Assembly: GCF_009834535.1 (NCBI RefSeq)
Contig: NC_045698.1
Location: forward strand, 12,092,001 to 12,156,000
Direction: 5' to 3'
Length of the DNA stretch: 64,000 bases
Source: Camelus ferus
Lineage: Eukaryota
Shown piece after piece: positions 62,043 to 64,000 of the stretch (positions are counted from its first letter, which is position 1; every line of letters begins with the position of its first letter). The notes beneath the pieces are model-generated. The model was not told where the DNA came from. It searched no databases and saw nothing but the letters and a program-made list of their open reading frames with translations. The position numbers and the translations under genes are program-made.

Positions 62043-62464
62043 CTGGGAAAAGGGAAACAAACACAAGTCACGTGAGGGGCTCGGGGAAGGTGTCATCCGA
62101 GCAGCAGACCAGAGGAAGGAATGAGGACGAGAGCTAGGCCGTGATGCAGCACCCACCACGTGTCCCGGGAACCCCGAATCAGCTGTATGGAGGTGGGCAA
62201 GGAACTGAACGATTTCACTGTGCAAAATGCTTAAAAGCTTGTCTGTTGCCAGACAGGGTCCACACTTGGAAGGCAAGACGATGGTTAGGATCTGGTTCTC
62301 TGGGAAGCTAAGGCTACTCTGAGCTCACGGGCAGCGCTGGCACTTTCTTTAATGCAACAACCCTGGCATCACCACAACCCACAGACGCGAATGTGACTGA
62401 GCTCACGAGGTGACGGGGAAAGTGCACCCCAGTGTCCCGGGTCCGGGCGGAACTGGAGACTCAC

Positions 62465-62588
62465 AGTTGAGGTTTATGTCTCCGTAGGGCAGGGGCAGGA
62501 GCGGGGAGTGCAGGGGGTGGTGGGTGTGGCGCAGGATAGGGTTCCGCTTGTAAATCTGCTCCACCACGTCCGAGTTCAGGCAGTTCTC
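62465..62588 (-). CDS. MYO10: Myosin X exon (start of MyTH4 region)
   Basis: cag|ENCLNSDVVEQIYKRNPILRHTHHPLHSPLLPLPYGDINLN(L)|gtgag; 124 nt, phase 0 to 1. Confidence 0.97.
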
Positions 62589-64000
62589 CTGGAGAATAAA
62601 GGAGCCGTTAGAGAAAGGCCACGAGCTTATTGCAAAAGATGTACGGAAAGGAACAAGGCCACTGCATTCTCCTGCACGTGGATGTTTTTCACAAGTCACA
62701 AAACATCAGTAGCCTAGGGATGGTGGGGGGACTAGATGGATTAATCCAGCATCAATCATTTCGACACCCAGAAGCCATGTTTGAAGACGAATCACACACA
62801 TTTTCCTCACATAGCTCATTCCCTTTCTCTCGTACATTTGCATACATTTCCCCACATTATTGGAAAAAGTCTTTCCTCTGGAGATGATGTATATTCAAAA
62901 AAGTTCATTTAAACATCTCTTGCTAATTATTTAGCCATGAATCGCTTGGCCACATCATATCATCCTTATCTATAATTCATTTTAAAAATACAGTTTGCTA
63001 GTTCTCTCACGGGTCTTCCGTATTCTCTGCCCGAAAACGACACATTAGTATCAGTTGAGACTGCTCGTCCATGAGCCTCCTTTCTCACTCCTGAAATTTG
63101 AGAGCTCCTTGCAGAGAATTTCATCATGTATTTAAGTTCTTAAAACATTAATGTGGGATCTGAAAAAGCCAAAGTCCCTTTTAGAACTTTAAATAAACAG
63201 AAAAGCTGGGGGAGAGGCGATGAGTCATTTTACTGCGGGAACTTCGCTTCCACTATGAAACTTATGCAGTAACACCCAATCGAAAACCAGGGAGAAAAAA
63301 GTCTAAATTAATTAAAAAACTAGTGCAGCCTTAATTAGGGCAACTTGTCTCATTTCTTAAGAAGCAATTGTTTCATATTTAAAAATTCTATTTATTCTTT
63401 TAATGTCTGATTTCCAATGAGTTAGTAAATAAAAGGGTAGATAAGATACAGCTTTGAAGAGAAAGTGTGCTCAGCTGGTATGTGCTGTTTTCTCTCCCTT
63501 CGCACAAGAAAGCTTCGGAAAAATTAATTTGAGACTAGAAATGACATTATTAGTTTCAAGTGCCCCGGGTTCCATGGACAGCTCTGCGGTTTGTAGGAGA
63601 ACTGACTTGCTGGAATTTGGCTCCAAATACCCAGAAAATGTATCATTTTGGAATTAAGAGGCTGACTTGAATTTGGTGGGAAATCATACACTCCTGATCT
63701 ATTAGACCCTCCCCGCCTTTACAAAGGCGCAGTTTACCTCCTGGATCCGATTAGTTAACTTTCTTTGATGTACGTCAGTCAATAAACACCCGCCTCACTA
63801 CCATTCTGGCGTCCCTTCTGTCACAGCTCCAGCTTTTTCCTCTGTGTAGGGAACCTGCCGACGCAGGTAACTTGGAGGAACAGCAGTAAAAATAATCCCC
63901 TCCACCTGCTTCCGCATCAGGGCCGGACCTGCCGTGTGTGCAGCGCACCCAGAAAGCCCCGTGTCTCTGTTTCCACCCCTGGAGAACGAGCGCGATGACC

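Noticed and set aside
63720..63900. Possible further MYO10 exon near the window end (donor-like GAG|GTAAAC at 63737)
   Set aside because: The translation does not give the expected upstream MYO10 sequence ending ..TQQLIQDIK; treated as intron

Overview
Mammalian genomic DNA, very probably from a camelid: there are two Vic-1-like tRNA-derived SINEs, cetartiodactyl-type L1 3' ends, and no CHR/Bov-type SINEs that I could recognise. Two protein-coding genes lie on the minus strand in the conserved MYO10-RETREG1 order. (1) The last eight coding exons of MYO10 (MyTH4-FERM tail, 62588 to stop at 54889) plus its 3'UTR; all splice sites are GT-AG and the phases join into one frame. (2) The CpG-island promoter and first coding exon of RETREG1/FAM134B (32480-32167); 1-32166 is the start of its long intron 1, and I did not find exon 2 in the window. 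The rest is intronic or intergenic and dense with TE relics (L1, L2, CR1, MIR, MLT, ERVL, hAT and Tc2 MERs). Repeat family names come from remembered consensus features, and boundaries of old elements are approximate. The most unusual structure is a 146-bp, 142/146-identical inverted repeat with a 45-nt spacer in RETREG1 intron 1 (11275-11611) that I cannot assign to any transposon. Other oddities are a candidate L1 3' transduction, a twin-primed L1, a young 242-bp tandem duplication, a templated inverted insertion, an old local duplication and a pure (GCG)7 poly-Ala tract in RETREG1. I found no evidence for a novel multi-gene system.
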